The notes under the pieces were generated by a model. It saw only the letters and a program-made list of their open reading frames with translations, ran no database searches and was not told where the DNA came from. From an uncultured beta proteobacterium (lineage in GTDB: Bacteria; Pseudomonadota; Gammaproteobacteria; Burkholderiales; Burkholderiaceae): a stretch of 64,000 bases of DNA. Position 1 is the stretch's first letter. Each line of letters opens with the position of its first letter. This document shows positions 28,488 through 39,851 of this stretch, in pieces. The position numbers and the translations under genes were made by a program. The stretch lies in the NCBI GenBank assembly GCA_903867305.1, contig CAIPQU010000012.1:5377-69376 (forward strand). Reading direction: 5' to 3'.

Positions 28488-29263
28488 GCTAAATAAGCTC
28501 CGCCATTGGCATGAAGTGTTTGACCAGTAATATACCGTGCTTGATCACTGCAGAGGAACTCGACGAACTGTGCTACTTCGTCAATCGTTCCTCTTCTCCC
28601 AATGAGCGTGGTATTTTTTTTATGATGCTCTGGGCTGCCTACCCCAGCTGAGTCTCCTCGAACCGTTTCAATTAAGCCCGGAACGACACAATTCACGTTA
28701 ATACCATACTGACTTAAATCATGGGCAAGTGCCTTGGTTAAACCTACCAAACCCATTTTGGCAGTTACCACATGAGCGCGATCTTTTGAACCCGTATGCG
28801 CTGACATTCCCCCCATAAAAATGATGGAGCCCATCTTTGATTGCCTTAAAAAAGGTAGTGCGGCAGAAGAACATAAATAAGCACCATCCAAGATGGTTTG
28901 TAGGACTTCACGCCAAGCCAAATAATCCATCTCAGCAAAAGATATATTTCTTCTAAGAGCAGCATTATTGATCAATATATCTATTTTTCCAAAATGATCA
29001 ATCGCCGTCTGAATTAGTTGTTTCGAACCTTTTTCAGTACTGATATCAGCAATACAAATAGCAGACTTTCCACCCAAGTCTTGAATTTCTTGATGCAGTG
29101 AATCTAGTTCCTCACTTTTTGTGCGTCCATTGATGACCACATGCTTACCCTTGTCTGCCAATCGCAGTGCAATAGCGCGTCCAATATTTCTAGCGGACCC
29201 GGTCACAATAGCAACTTGAGGCTCAAAAGTAGTTACTTGATTTTGGTTCAACATATCGTTCAC
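28484..29263 (-). CDS. SDR family oxidoreductase (atypical catalytic motif)
   Basis: TGSARNIG, NNAA and VNCVVPG motifs; HVVTAK where YxxxK is expected. Confidence 0.9.
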   Translation of the reverse strand: MNDMLNQNQVTTFEPQVAIVTGSARNIGRAIALRLADKGKHVVINGRTKSEELDSLHQEIQDLGGKSAICIADISTEKGSKQLIQTAIDHFGKIDILINNAALRRNISFAEMDYLAWREVLQTILDGAYLCSSAALPFLRQSKMGSIIFMGGMSAHTGSKDRAHVVTAKMGLVGLTKALAHDLSQYGINVNCVVPGLIETVRGDSAGVGSPEHHKKNTTLIGRRGTIDEVAQFVEFLCSDQARYITGQTLHANGGAYLA

Positions 29264-30630
29264 ACTCTTAACAGTTCTAGATCAACCTTTGGCATTGACC
29301 TTAATTGACGAAGACTTTTTAAAGATTTTTCAGCTTGTGCTTGATCCCATCCGCCATAGATGCAATTCGCAATATATTTTTGCTCTAAAGCCTCAATACT
29401 CATGGGAGCATCACGACCTCCTCGAAAAAAACCTTGGCGATGCTCAAACACTTGACCATCTTGCAGGATGACTCGAATATGACCTGTAAATTGATTTGGG
29501 TACGGATTGTTAGGGTCAACAATATATTGAATCTTATTCGTAATCGCTCGAATCTTCGGATCATGAACAATCTGCTCTTGGTAATCATTGAGGCCTGCAT
29601 CACCGCGCACCATCGCAACAGCAATAGCAAACGGAATACTGAATTTTGCAGCATAACCATTTGGTGGGTTTTGCTTTTGATGCAAAGGTTCCCACAAACG
29701 ATGTAATATGCCTTCGGCAGTTTCACATTCGATTCTCTCAATTTTTGTGATATCAAGTCCTGCTTTGATTAAATGCAAAGCGCAATCAATATAAGGGTGC
29801 GCCATGGTGCCACAAGCAAAAGGTTTAAATGCCATTTCAGCAGACATCCAATCCTGACCAACGCCAGTAATCATTTTCGTAAAATCACAATCATCTTTAT
29901 TAGCAAAAGCATGAAAAAATCCATGTTCTCCTTCAAATAAGGTTCTTGGTCCAGTAAAGCCTTCTTGTGCCATTCTGGCTGCTCGATAACCAGACTGTGC
30001 TGCCCAACCAGGATGCATGCGTTTTGTCCAAGTTCCTTCAGCTAGATATTCAATAATGCCAGAAGCCATACTGCCAGCAATTCCTAATGCATTGACCCAC
30101 TGTGATTCATTCAGTCTTAGAGCGGTTGCAACGCCTGCTGCCGCGGCGATAGCACCAAATACTGCGGTCGGATGAAAGCCGGCTAAATGAACTTTCTTGG
30201 GTGCTACTGTGCACATTCTGCACATGAGCTCTGATCCAACACTGATACCAGCTAAAACATCTGCACCAGATAATTGATGTTGTTCTGCCGCGGCTAATAA
30301 TGCAGGAACAATAACTGCTCCAGCATGAATCGGTCCACCTTCAAAAGTATCATCAAAGTCTTCTCCATGTATTGCCGTTCCATTGACCAAACATGCAGAA
30401 GCAACATTGACCTTATGTGAATGTCCCATGATCGTGCAATTCCCATCTTCAGCACTTGCTCTATAAGTTGCCATTAAGTAATCTTGATGCCGTGCTGCTA
30501 TACACAAGCCCACGGTGTCAATCAATAATGAATCACACAATGTTTGCATCGAAGTGGGGATAGAAGAGATACTTCTCGCAAAAGATGATGCAAGTTCTTC
30601 TGATACAGTGACAGCTGGTATAGATTTCAT
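29260..30630 (-). CDS. MmgE/PrpD family protein (#2)
   Basis: HGEDFDD...HAG, GFHPT, KRMHPGWAA and KPFACG motifs. Confidence 0.92.
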   Translation of the reverse strand: MKSIPAVTVSEELASSFARSISSIPTSMQTLCDSLLIDTVGLCIAARHQDYLMATYRASAEDGNCTIMGHSHKVNVASACLVNGTAIHGEDFDDTFEGGPIHAGAVIVPALLAAAEQHQLSGADVLAGISVGSELMCRMCTVAPKKVHLAGFHPTAVFGAIAAAAGVATALRLNESQWVNALGIAGSMASGIIEYLAEGTWTKRMHPGWAAQSGYRAARMAQEGFTGPRTLFEGEHGFFHAFANKDDCDFTKMITGVGQDWMSAEMAFKPFACGTMAHPYIDCALHLIKAGLDITKIERIECETAEGILHRLWEPLHQKQNPPNGYAAKFSIPFAIAVAMVRGDAGLNDYQEQIVHDPKIRAITNKIQYIVDPNNPYPNQFTGHIRVILQDGQVFEHRQGFFRGGRDAPMSIEALEQKYIANCIYGGWDQAQAEKSLKSLRQLRSMPKVDLELLRV

Positions 30631-30634
30631 CGAT

Positions 30635-31633
30635 TTATTCCGCGGTAATATTGCTTGCTTTAGCCACCTTGGACCAATGCATCACTTCTTGGTTAATGTA
30701 ATTTTCAAACTGTATGGGAGTCATCGGCATTGGCTTTAAGGCTTGCTCAACAAAAAAGCGTTTTACTTCAGGCTTTTCTAATGAAATATTGACCGCTTGA
30801 TTAATTTTTTGAACAATTGAATTGGATAATTTAGCAGGCCCTACAAGTCCGTACCAAGTTAAACCATCAAACCCATTAAATCCAGACTCTTTAAAAGTAG
30901 GAACATCTGGCACCAAAGGACTTCTTTGCTCCCCAGTAACAGCTAATGGTTTCAAAGCACCAGATCGAAGATGTGGCAAAGCAGCTGACAATCCAGGAAA
31001 AATCACTTGAATTTGGCCAGCCATAGAATCAGTAAATGCAAGACCTATACTGCGATAAGGCACCATCATACTTTTTACACCAGAATCAAATTTAAACTGT
31101 TCCATCAGCAAATGATTTAATGTGCCAATTCCAGAAGTACCATAGTTCACTTTATTGGGATTCGCTTTTGCATAGGCGATAAACTCTTTTAAATTATTTA
31201 CCGGCACATCCTTTGCAACGACTAAAATATTGGGTGTCCCACCAAACATTGCAATCGCAGTAAAGTCTTTCACAGGATCATAAATATTTTTTTTCACCGC
31301 AGGAGTCGTAGCGTGGGTCGCAACATAACCGATCATCAAGGTATAACCATCAGGAGCTGCATTTGCAGTTACTTTTGCCGCAATTGCACCACCCGCTCCC
31401 GCTTGATTATCAATAATAAAAGTTTGTTTTAATTCTTTATGGAGTTGTTCTGCCATAAAACGCCCCACGATATCGACTCCTCCACCAGTTGCCTGAGGGG
31501 CAATAATTTTCACAGGGTGATTCGGATAAGCATCCTGAGCATCTGCTGGTGGCATCACTAAGTAGATGCAACAAAACCATAACAATGTTTGAATTAGATA
31601 TTTCACGTTTGTCTTTAATTCTGATTCGGTCAA
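30635..31633 (-). CDS. Bug/TctC substrate-binding protein
   Basis: YPNHPVKIIAP..GGG, DNQAGAG and VPYRS motifs; exact start uncertain (TTG or a downstream GTG). Confidence 0.9.
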   Translation of the reverse strand: MTESELKTNVKYLIQTLLWFCCIYLVMPPADAQDAYPNHPVKIIAPQATGGGVDIVGRFMAEQLHKELKQTFIIDNQAGAGGAIAAKVTANAAPDGYTLMIGYVATHATTPAVKKNIYDPVKDFTAIAMFGGTPNILVVAKDVPVNNLKEFIAYAKANPNKVNYGTSGIGTLNHLLMEQFKFDSGVKSMMVPYRSIGLAFTDSMAGQIQVIFPGLSAALPHLRSGALKPLAVTGEQRSPLVPDVPTFKESGFNGFDGLTWYGLVGPAKLSNSIVQKINQAVNISLEKPEVKRFFVEQALKPMPMTPIQFENYINQEVMHWSKVAKASNITAE

Positions 31634-32706
31634 AGGGGTAAACGAACAGAATTTCCAGTGGCTACTGCTTTTTCAATCGCCAAGGTTGTCTCTAGATTTT
31701 TTCTAGCCTGTACCGGTGTGCAATGCACAGTCTTTTTACCGGTGACTAATTGATCTAACCAAGATCTTGTTTCATTACCCAAGGGCCCCCAAAAATCACC
31801 GCACGCCCAGTCACCAGCAGTATTACTACCTAAAAAAGCCATATTCACGGCATGATCTGGTACATAAGCATGCGGGATCCCACGGTCAGAAAACAAAATA
31901 TGGTCCATATGATCATCATCAATAATCATCGTCCCTTCAAGACCTAATAATTCGAGGCGGTCTGATTGCCCGAGCGTTGGATATGTAGCAGGTAATGCAT
32001 AACTAATACCTAAATTGATCACCGCGCCATCTGAAAACGTAATAATTGCCCAAGTTACATCGTCCGAACCAAAACCAGACGCCTTAAATATTCCAGCCTG
32101 CCCACGGGCAACAATTTCTACTGGATAACATTGATCCTCGAGCAACCAACACATTAAATCAACGTAATAGGTTAATACATCAACTACTGGAGTAGCATGT
32201 GGATCTCTCTTTAAAATCGAAAATGCCTGTGATCTTGAGTTATAAACACGGGCTGTTCCACCAACCACTTTTCCGAGCCGTTGATGAAGCATTTGTTCTT
32301 TGGCACGTAAGTAGCACTCTTTAAATCTTCGACTGTAACCAATATGTAAACTGCCATTCGTCTCCTGCAAAACCTTCAATACCCGATCTGCATCTTGCAG
32401 ATTCATAGCTAGTGGTTTTTCGACAAGAACCGGCTTACCTAATTCCAAAGCTTTAATAATTGGTTCAACATGATAATTTTCAGGAGTAGAAACAAATACT
32501 GCAGATACTTGAGGATGCGAAATAATTTCGTCATTATTGGTCGAAAAATAATGTGCCCCAGAAAGATCTGCTAGTTTTTTTGCCTGTGATGCGTCTTGAT
32601 CTGATACCGCCAAAAAATCAACCGATGGATGTTGAGATGCTAAACGGGCACGTAATGTTCCAATCCGCCCTGATCCAATGACCCCAATTCCTAATGATTT
32701 ACCCAT
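31630..32706 (-). CDS. Gfo/Idh/MocA family oxidoreductase
   Basis: GVIGSGRIG, VSTPENYH, VLVEKPLA and GYSRRF motifs; AGGAGG RBS 6 nt before ATG 32706. Confidence 0.92.
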   Translation of the reverse strand: MGKSLGIGVIGSGRIGTLRARLASQHPSVDFLAVSDQDASQAKKLADLSGAHYFSTNNDEIISHPQVSAVFVSTPENYHVEPIIKALELGKPVLVEKPLAMNLQDADRVLKVLQETNGSLHIGYSRRFKECYLRAKEQMLHQRLGKVVGGTARVYNSRSQAFSILKRDPHATPVVDVLTYYVDLMCWLLEDQCYPVEIVARGQAGIFKASGFGSDDVTWAIITFSDGAVINLGISYALPATYPTLGQSDRLELLGLEGTMIIDDDHMDHILFSDRGIPHAYVPDHAVNMAFLGSNTAGDWACGDFWGPLGNETRSWLDQLVTGKKTVHCTPVQARKNLETTLAIEKAVATGNSVRLPL

Positions 32707-32892
32707 CACCTACCTCCTATTAATTCCTTGCATATTACCACTTCAAATATAATTTCCATGATCCAAAAGAATCTTTACTTAATTTTTTATATAATCAACA
32801 AATATAAAAAAATTAAATGGAGGCATTCAATATTCACACTAAAAAGTGTTTATTCAATGTTGTTACTGACCGACCAATCTACAAGGCGCATT

Positions 32893-33858
32893 ATGAAATG
32901 GATCATTAGTATTCTGCTTGTTCTACAAGGCCTTTTTTTTCAACTTAGTTTTGCAGCTGAGCCATTCCCCAATAAACCTATTCGTATTATTGTTCCCTTA
33001 GCTCCTGGGGCTACTGCAGACTATTTAGCTAGGTCTCTAGCAGTTGAATTAAGTAAATCAATTGGGCAATCTGTGATTGTTGAAAACAAGGCTGGCGGCA
33101 ATCAAATTATCGGTACGAGTGAATTAGCAAAATCAAATCCCGATGGTTATACCATCGGTTTAGCAATTAGTTCTCTAGTTATCAACCCTTACGTATCAAA
33201 AAATATTCCTTATGACGCCTTAAAAGACTTTATTCCACTTGCCATGTTGGGCATCATGCCTGGATTAATGACGGTTCATCCCAGTATTCCAGTAAAGACC
33301 TTCCCAGAATTCATTGCCTATGCAAAAGCTCATCCCGGAGAACTTGCCTATGGACAACCTGGCGGTTTATCCTCTGGGCATCTGACGATGGAGTTCTTGA
33401 AAAAAGAAGCAGGTATCGACCTTTTAAGTGTACCTTATAAAGGTGGTGGTCCAGCTTTGACAGATATGCTTGCAGGCCGTTTTCAGGTCTTTATTAATAG
33501 CCCCACAGCAACCCTTCCCTATGTCAAATCCGGCAATATAAAAGCGATTGCAACCACTGGTGCAAAACGCCCCATCGCAATGGCTGAGGTTCCAACGATA
33601 GCTGAATCAGGTTACCCAAATGTCATCACCAACGAATGGTATGCTTTATTTTTACCGGCTAAAACGCCAACACCAATTGTCAATCAACTCAATGCTGAGA
33701 TTGTTAAAATCATGAATGGCCCCATCATGCAAAAAAGACTCGTTGACATTGGGGCTGAGACATTTACCGATAACCCCGAACAGTTTGCTAAGTTTATCGC
33801 CAAAGAAGATCAATTTTGGGGTAAGTTGATTAAATCATTAAACATTAAACCGGAATAA
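32893..33858 (+). CDS. Bug/TctC substrate-binding protein
   Basis: FPNKPIRIIVPLAPGA, ENKAGG and VPYKGG motifs; start moved to ATG 32893, where the signal peptide begins. Confidence 0.93.
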   Translation: MKWIISILLVLQGLFFQLSFAAEPFPNKPIRIIVPLAPGATADYLARSLAVELSKSIGQSVIVENKAGGNQIIGTSELAKSNPDGYTIGLAISSLVINPYVSKNIPYDALKDFIPLAMLGIMPGLMTVHPSIPVKTFPEFIAYAKAHPGELAYGQPGGLSSGHLTMEFLKKEAGIDLLSVPYKGGGPALTDMLAGRFQVFINSPTATLPYVKSGNIKAIATTGAKRPIAMAEVPTIAESGYPNVITNEWYALFLPAKTPTPIVNQLNAEIVKIMNGPIMQKRLVDIGAETFTDNPEQFAKFIAKEDQFWGKLIKSLNIKPE

Positions 33859-33871
33859 AAAAAGAATATCT

Positions 33872-34648
33872 ATGACACCTATTTACCCTGATTTAAAAAA
33901 TAAAATTGTTTTAGTTACTGGCGGCTCTAAAGGTATCGGCTTTGCTATTGCCAGCGCTTTTGCAGCACAAGGTTGCGCACTGCGTCTAGTCGCTAGAGAT
34001 CCTGTGTCATTGAAGCAAGCACATGAAAATATCGAAAAAGACTATGGCGTTGAAGTGAAATCCATGGCCGTGAATTTATCAAATGATGAAAACATCGATA
34101 GTTTGGCACCTTTTTATCAAGATGCAGACATCCTGATCAATTCTGCAGGAGCGATGGGACGTGGCAGCCTTCAAGAGATTAACCCTGAAAAATTTCGTGA
34201 TGCCTGGGAAGGTAAGGTGATGTCAACGATCTTCCTAACTAGAAGAATCTATCCCTTTATGAAACAACGTAAAGATGGTGGCGTCATTGTGAATATTATT
34301 GGTATTGCCGCTGACCGATTAAATTTCAAATCCATCGGCACCAGTACCGCTAATGCAGCTTTAGCTGCCTTTACAAAAGCGATGGGCTCTGAAAGCTCTA
34401 ACGATAATATTCGGATCGTGGGAATTAACCCAGGACTCATTCGTACCCCACGAACGGAGGCATTGGTAAACCCTACATCAGAGGCTGATCGAAAGGCTTA
34501 TGAAAATCTAATGAAAAACTTACCCTATGGACGAATGGGAGAAGCATCTGAGATCGCTAGCCTAGCAGTTTTCCTTGCATCGAAACAAGCTGCTTATATT
34601 AGCGGTGATGTGATGACTGTCGATGGTGGATCCCGTTACCGTTATTAA
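33872..34648 (+). CDS. SDR family oxidoreductase (atypical catalytic motif)
   Basis: TGGSKGIG, INSAG and GINPG motifs; TSTAN where YxxxK is expected. Confidence 0.9.
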   Translation: MTPIYPDLKNKIVLVTGGSKGIGFAIASAFAAQGCALRLVARDPVSLKQAHENIEKDYGVEVKSMAVNLSNDENIDSLAPFYQDADILINSAGAMGRGSLQEINPEKFRDAWEGKVMSTIFLTRRIYPFMKQRKDGGVIVNIIGIAADRLNFKSIGTSTANAALAAFTKAMGSESSNDNIRIVGINPGLIRTPRTEALVNPTSEADRKAYENLMKNLPYGRMGEASEIASLAVFLASKQAAYISGDVMTVDGGSRYRY

Positions 34649-34680
34649 ATAATTTAACTTCTATTTGAAAGAATCTTCCC

Positions 34681-35721
34681 ATGAAATATCGTTTATTAGG
34701 CCCAACTGGGTTATATGTTTCAGAACTTTGTCTAGGAACCATGACCTTTGGTAATCAAGGATTTTGGTCAGTCATTGGTGGCTTACAACAACAAGAAGTG
34801 AATTCTCTTGTTCATAGTGCTTATGATCAAGGCATTAATTTTATCGATACAGCCAACGTTTACTCTTTTGGAGAGTCCGAGTCTTTACTCGGACAATCCA
34901 TTAAAGACAATAAGCTGCCTAGAGATAAAATCATCGTCGCCACGAAATCTACTGGGCCAATGGATGAGTCACCGAATGGTCGTGGTCATTCTCGGTACCA
35001 TATTTTTAATGAAGTTGATGCCAGCTTAAAAAGACTCAAACTCGATTATATTGATCTGTATCAATTCCACGGACTTGACCCCTTAACGCCATTAGAGGAG
35101 TCTTTAAGTGCATTAAATGATCTCGTTCGAAGTGGTAAAGTTCGCTATATTGGAATTTGTAATTCGCCCGCTTGGCAAATCATGAAAGCCTTGGGTATTT
35201 CGAGAGAAAAAAACTATAGCGAATTTATTAGCACTCAATCTTATTACACCATCGCAGGACGTGACCTTGAGCGTGAGGTATTCCCCTTATTACGTGATCA
35301 AAAACTAGGTTTGATGGTCTGGAGCCCATTAGCTGGTGGTTTCTTATCCGGTAAATATCAACGTAATGCAAGCTCACCAGAAGGTGCAAGGCGGGCCGGA
35401 GCATTTGATTTTCCTCCGCTGAATAAAGATCGTGCCTATACCTGCATTGAAGCGATGGAACCAATTGCCAAAGCCCATCAAGTCTCGGTAGCCCGAGTTG
35501 CCCTAGCTTGGATTTTGACGAAAAAAGAAGTTTCCAGTGTCATCATTGGTGCTAAAACACCAGCTCAATTAATGGACAACATTGAAGCCTCTGAACTGGT
35601 TCTTACGCCAGAGGAAATCAGCCAACTTGACGCGGTTAGTGCCCTTCCAAAGGAATATCCTGGTTGGATGCTCGATTTTCAATCCGTTTACCGGGCAAAC
35701 CCTCCAGTAAAAGCAAAATAG
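34681..35721 (+). CDS. Aldo/keto reductase
   Basis: LCLGTMTFG, IDTANVY, ATK, DLYQFH and WSPLAGG motifs. Confidence 0.95.
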   Translation: MKYRLLGPTGLYVSELCLGTMTFGNQGFWSVIGGLQQQEVNSLVHSAYDQGINFIDTANVYSFGESESLLGQSIKDNKLPRDKIIVATKSTGPMDESPNGRGHSRYHIFNEVDASLKRLKLDYIDLYQFHGLDPLTPLEESLSALNDLVRSGKVRYIGICNSPAWQIMKALGISREKNYSEFISTQSYYTIAGRDLEREVFPLLRDQKLGLMVWSPLAGGFLSGKYQRNASSPEGARRAGAFDFPPLNKDRAYTCIEAMEPIAKAHQVSVARVALAWILTKKEVSSVIIGAKTPAQLMDNIEASELVLTPEEISQLDAVSALPKEYPGWMLDFQSVYRANPPVKAK

Positions 35722-35749
35722 TTTCAATATTTATGTTAAATTAAGCATT

Positions 35750-35835
35750 GGATGAAACAGGGGTGCTGATAGAGGTCTATTGGCTGAGATATACCCTTCA
35801 CTCGAACCAGATAATGCTGGCGTGGGGAGTTTCGA
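35750..35835 (+). ncRNA. TPP (thi-box) riboswitch
   Basis: GAAAC-AGGGGTGC...GGCTGAGATATACCC...CCAGATAATGCTGGCGTGGGGA-GTTTC; P1 = GAAAC/GTTTC; directly upstream of thiC. Confidence 0.92.
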
Positions 35836-35871
35836 AAATATAGTCTCTGTTCATCCTTCGCTAATGCCTAG

Positions 35872-37752
<1,881 letters not shown>

Positions 37753-37777
37753 TTGTGAATTTTGACGAATTTTTGAT

Positions 37778-38869
37778 ATGAAATCTCAATCGATCGCTAT
37801 TTTAGGGGCTGGCTTATTAGGTCGCTTGCTTGCTCTTGAATTAGCTAAGCTCGGACACCAAATCACGGTATTTGAACGTCAAGCTCCACAAGTCAAGGAG
37901 TCGGCTGCTTATGTAGCCGCCTCCATGCTTGCTCCTTTAGCCGAATCAGTTGCAACCGAAGCGAATATTGTTGAGATGGGTTATTACAGCCTCAATCGAT
38001 GGGCAAGCATCATCGAGACCTTGCAAAAAGAAGTGTATTTCCAACGACAAGGCTCCCTTCTCGTTTGGCATCATCAAGATCAATCGACGGCAAAACATTT
38101 TTCATCTCAGTTACAAAAAATGGGTTTGAAGCTTTCTCATTTACCGAAACCTCAATATCTGAATCAACAACAATTGTCTGCCCTAGAGCCACATCTGAGT
38201 AAGCAGTTTTTAGAAGGCATCTATTTGCCGGAGGAAGGACAGATCGATAACCGAGAATTACTCGATGCACTGCTGTTCGAAACAGAAGAACTCGGGGTTG
38301 TTTACCACTGGCAGACCTTCATTGATTTAAAAACATTTGCTATCGATGATTATGATGAAGTGATTGATTGTCGCGGATTAGGTAGCAAGCCTGATTACGC
38401 TGAATTACGTGGCGTACGTGGCGAGGTTTTACGAGTTTATGCTCCTGAAGTGAATTTAAGTCGACCAACCAGACTCATCCATCCCAAATATCCTCTTTAT
38501 ATTGCTCCAAAGCGTGATCATGTCTATGTGATCGGGGCTACTGAGGTAGAGTCTGAGGACGATTCACCAATCAGTGTTCGATCAACCTTAGAGCTATTAA
38601 GCGCTGCTTACACGGTTCACTCAGGTTTTGCTGAAGCTAGAATTATCGAGGCTAACGCACAATGTCGTCCCAGCTTTAAAAATAATTTACCCAAGATTTG
38701 GCGCAGTCACCCCCACATACTTCATATTAACGGGCTATATAGGCATGGCTTTTTGATTGCACCAGCAATTGTTGATACGGTTCTGGAAATGTTGACGAAC
38801 AATAGCCAATCGTTGGCGCAACAATTTGAAATTCCTCTGTTAGAAATGTCTCATGAAAATATTTGTTAA
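37778..38869 (+). CDS. thiO: Glycine oxidase (thiazole synthesis)
   Basis: GAGLLG FAD motif, AASMLAP and NGLYRHGFL; lies in the thi operon. Confidence 0.9.
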   Translation: MKSQSIAILGAGLLGRLLALELAKLGHQITVFERQAPQVKESAAYVAASMLAPLAESVATEANIVEMGYYSLNRWASIIETLQKEVYFQRQGSLLVWHHQDQSTAKHFSSQLQKMGLKLSHLPKPQYLNQQQLSALEPHLSKQFLEGIYLPEEGQIDNRELLDALLFETEELGVVYHWQTFIDLKTFAIDDYDEVIDCRGLGSKPDYAELRGVRGEVLRVYAPEVNLSRPTRLIHPKYPLYIAPKRDHVYVIGATEVESEDDSPISVRSTLELLSAAYTVHSGFAEARIIEANAQCRPSFKNNLPKIWRSHPHILHINGLYRHGFLIAPAIVDTVLEMLTNNSQSLAQQFEIPLLEMSHENIC

Positions 38870-39050
38870 TCAAATCGAACAAGAACTTGCTCATGTGATG
38901 CATTTAAAAGAGCTATTGCACCTGTTGTCGCCTAAGCAACCCTATGCGATTTCTGTGAATGAAGTTTTCATTCCAAAAACAAAATATCAAGATGTGGCTC
39001 TAAATGAGTTTGATCAGATTGAAATTATTTCACCGGTTACAGGAGGGTAA
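38853..39050 (+). CDS. thiS: Sulfur carrier protein
   Basis: 65 aa ending in GG. Confidence 0.95.
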   Translation: MKIFVNQIEQELAHVMHLKELLHLLSPKQPYAISVNEVFIPKTKYQDVALNEFDQIEIISPVTGG

Positions 39051-39851
39051 ATGAATCATCAACCCACGCAAGATTTAATCCTTTATGGTGAGCATTTTCA
39101 GAGTCGTCTACTCTTAGGAACTGCGCGCTACCCTTCTCCACAAATTTTAGAGGATGCCGTAAAAATTGCACAACCTGCCATGGTGACTGCATCACTGCGC
39201 CGACAAGGTGCAAACCCCTCTGAAATCTCTAGTGGTTTTTGGGATCTTTTAAAAGAACTCAAGGTACCGGTTCTGCCCAATACCGCGGGCTGTCATCGCC
39301 CTGAAGAAGTATTTCAAATTGCACAGATGGCAAGGGAAGTTTTTGAAACGGACTGGATCAAACTCGAACTCATAGGCGATGATTACACCCTCCAACCAGA
39401 TACCCTACATTTAGTGGACACCGCAAAACAATTGATCAAAGACGGTTTTAAAGTACTCCCCTACTGTACTGAGGACCTCGTCGTTTGCCAACGACTAGTT
39501 GATGTTGGATGTCAAGCCATCATGCCTTGGGCAGCACCAATTGGCACCGGTAAAGGTCCTAGTAATCCATATGCTCTTCAAATACTTCGAGAAAGAATCC
39601 AAGTACCAATGATTGTTGATGCAGGCTTAGGCCTACCGTCACATGCCAGCCAAGTAATGGAATGGGGATATGACGGTGTCTTATTAAATACCGCGGTGGC
39701 TCTAGCGCAAAATCCCATCCAAATGGCGCAAGCTTTTGCCTATAGTGTTCAGGCCGGAAGACTTGCTTATTTAGCCGGCGCAATGCCGCCAAATCATGAA
39801 GCACAATCCAGTACACCAACTTTAGGGACACCATTTTGGCATCAATCTTAG
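39051..39851 (+). CDS. thiG: Thiazole synthase
   Basis: LPNTAGC, WIKLE, MPWAAPIGTG and VDAGLG motifs. Confidence 0.97.
   Translation: MNHQPTQDLILYGEHFQSRLLLGTARYPSPQILEDAVKIAQPAMVTASLRRQGANPSEISSGFWDLLKELKVPVLPNTAGCHRPEEVFQIAQMAREVFETDWIKLELIGDDYTLQPDTLHLVDTAKQLIKDGFKVLPYCTEDLVVCQRLVDVGCQAIMPWAAPIGTGKGPSNPYALQILRERIQVPMIVDAGLGLPSHASQVMEWGYDGVLLNTAVALAQNPIQMAQAFAYSVQAGRLAYLAGAMPPNHEAQSSTPTLGTPFWHQS

Noticed and set aside
24870-32706. Standard myo-inositol (iol) pathway
   Set aside because: No IolE, IolB or IolC homologue is recognisable; only motif-level similarity to IolD and IolG.
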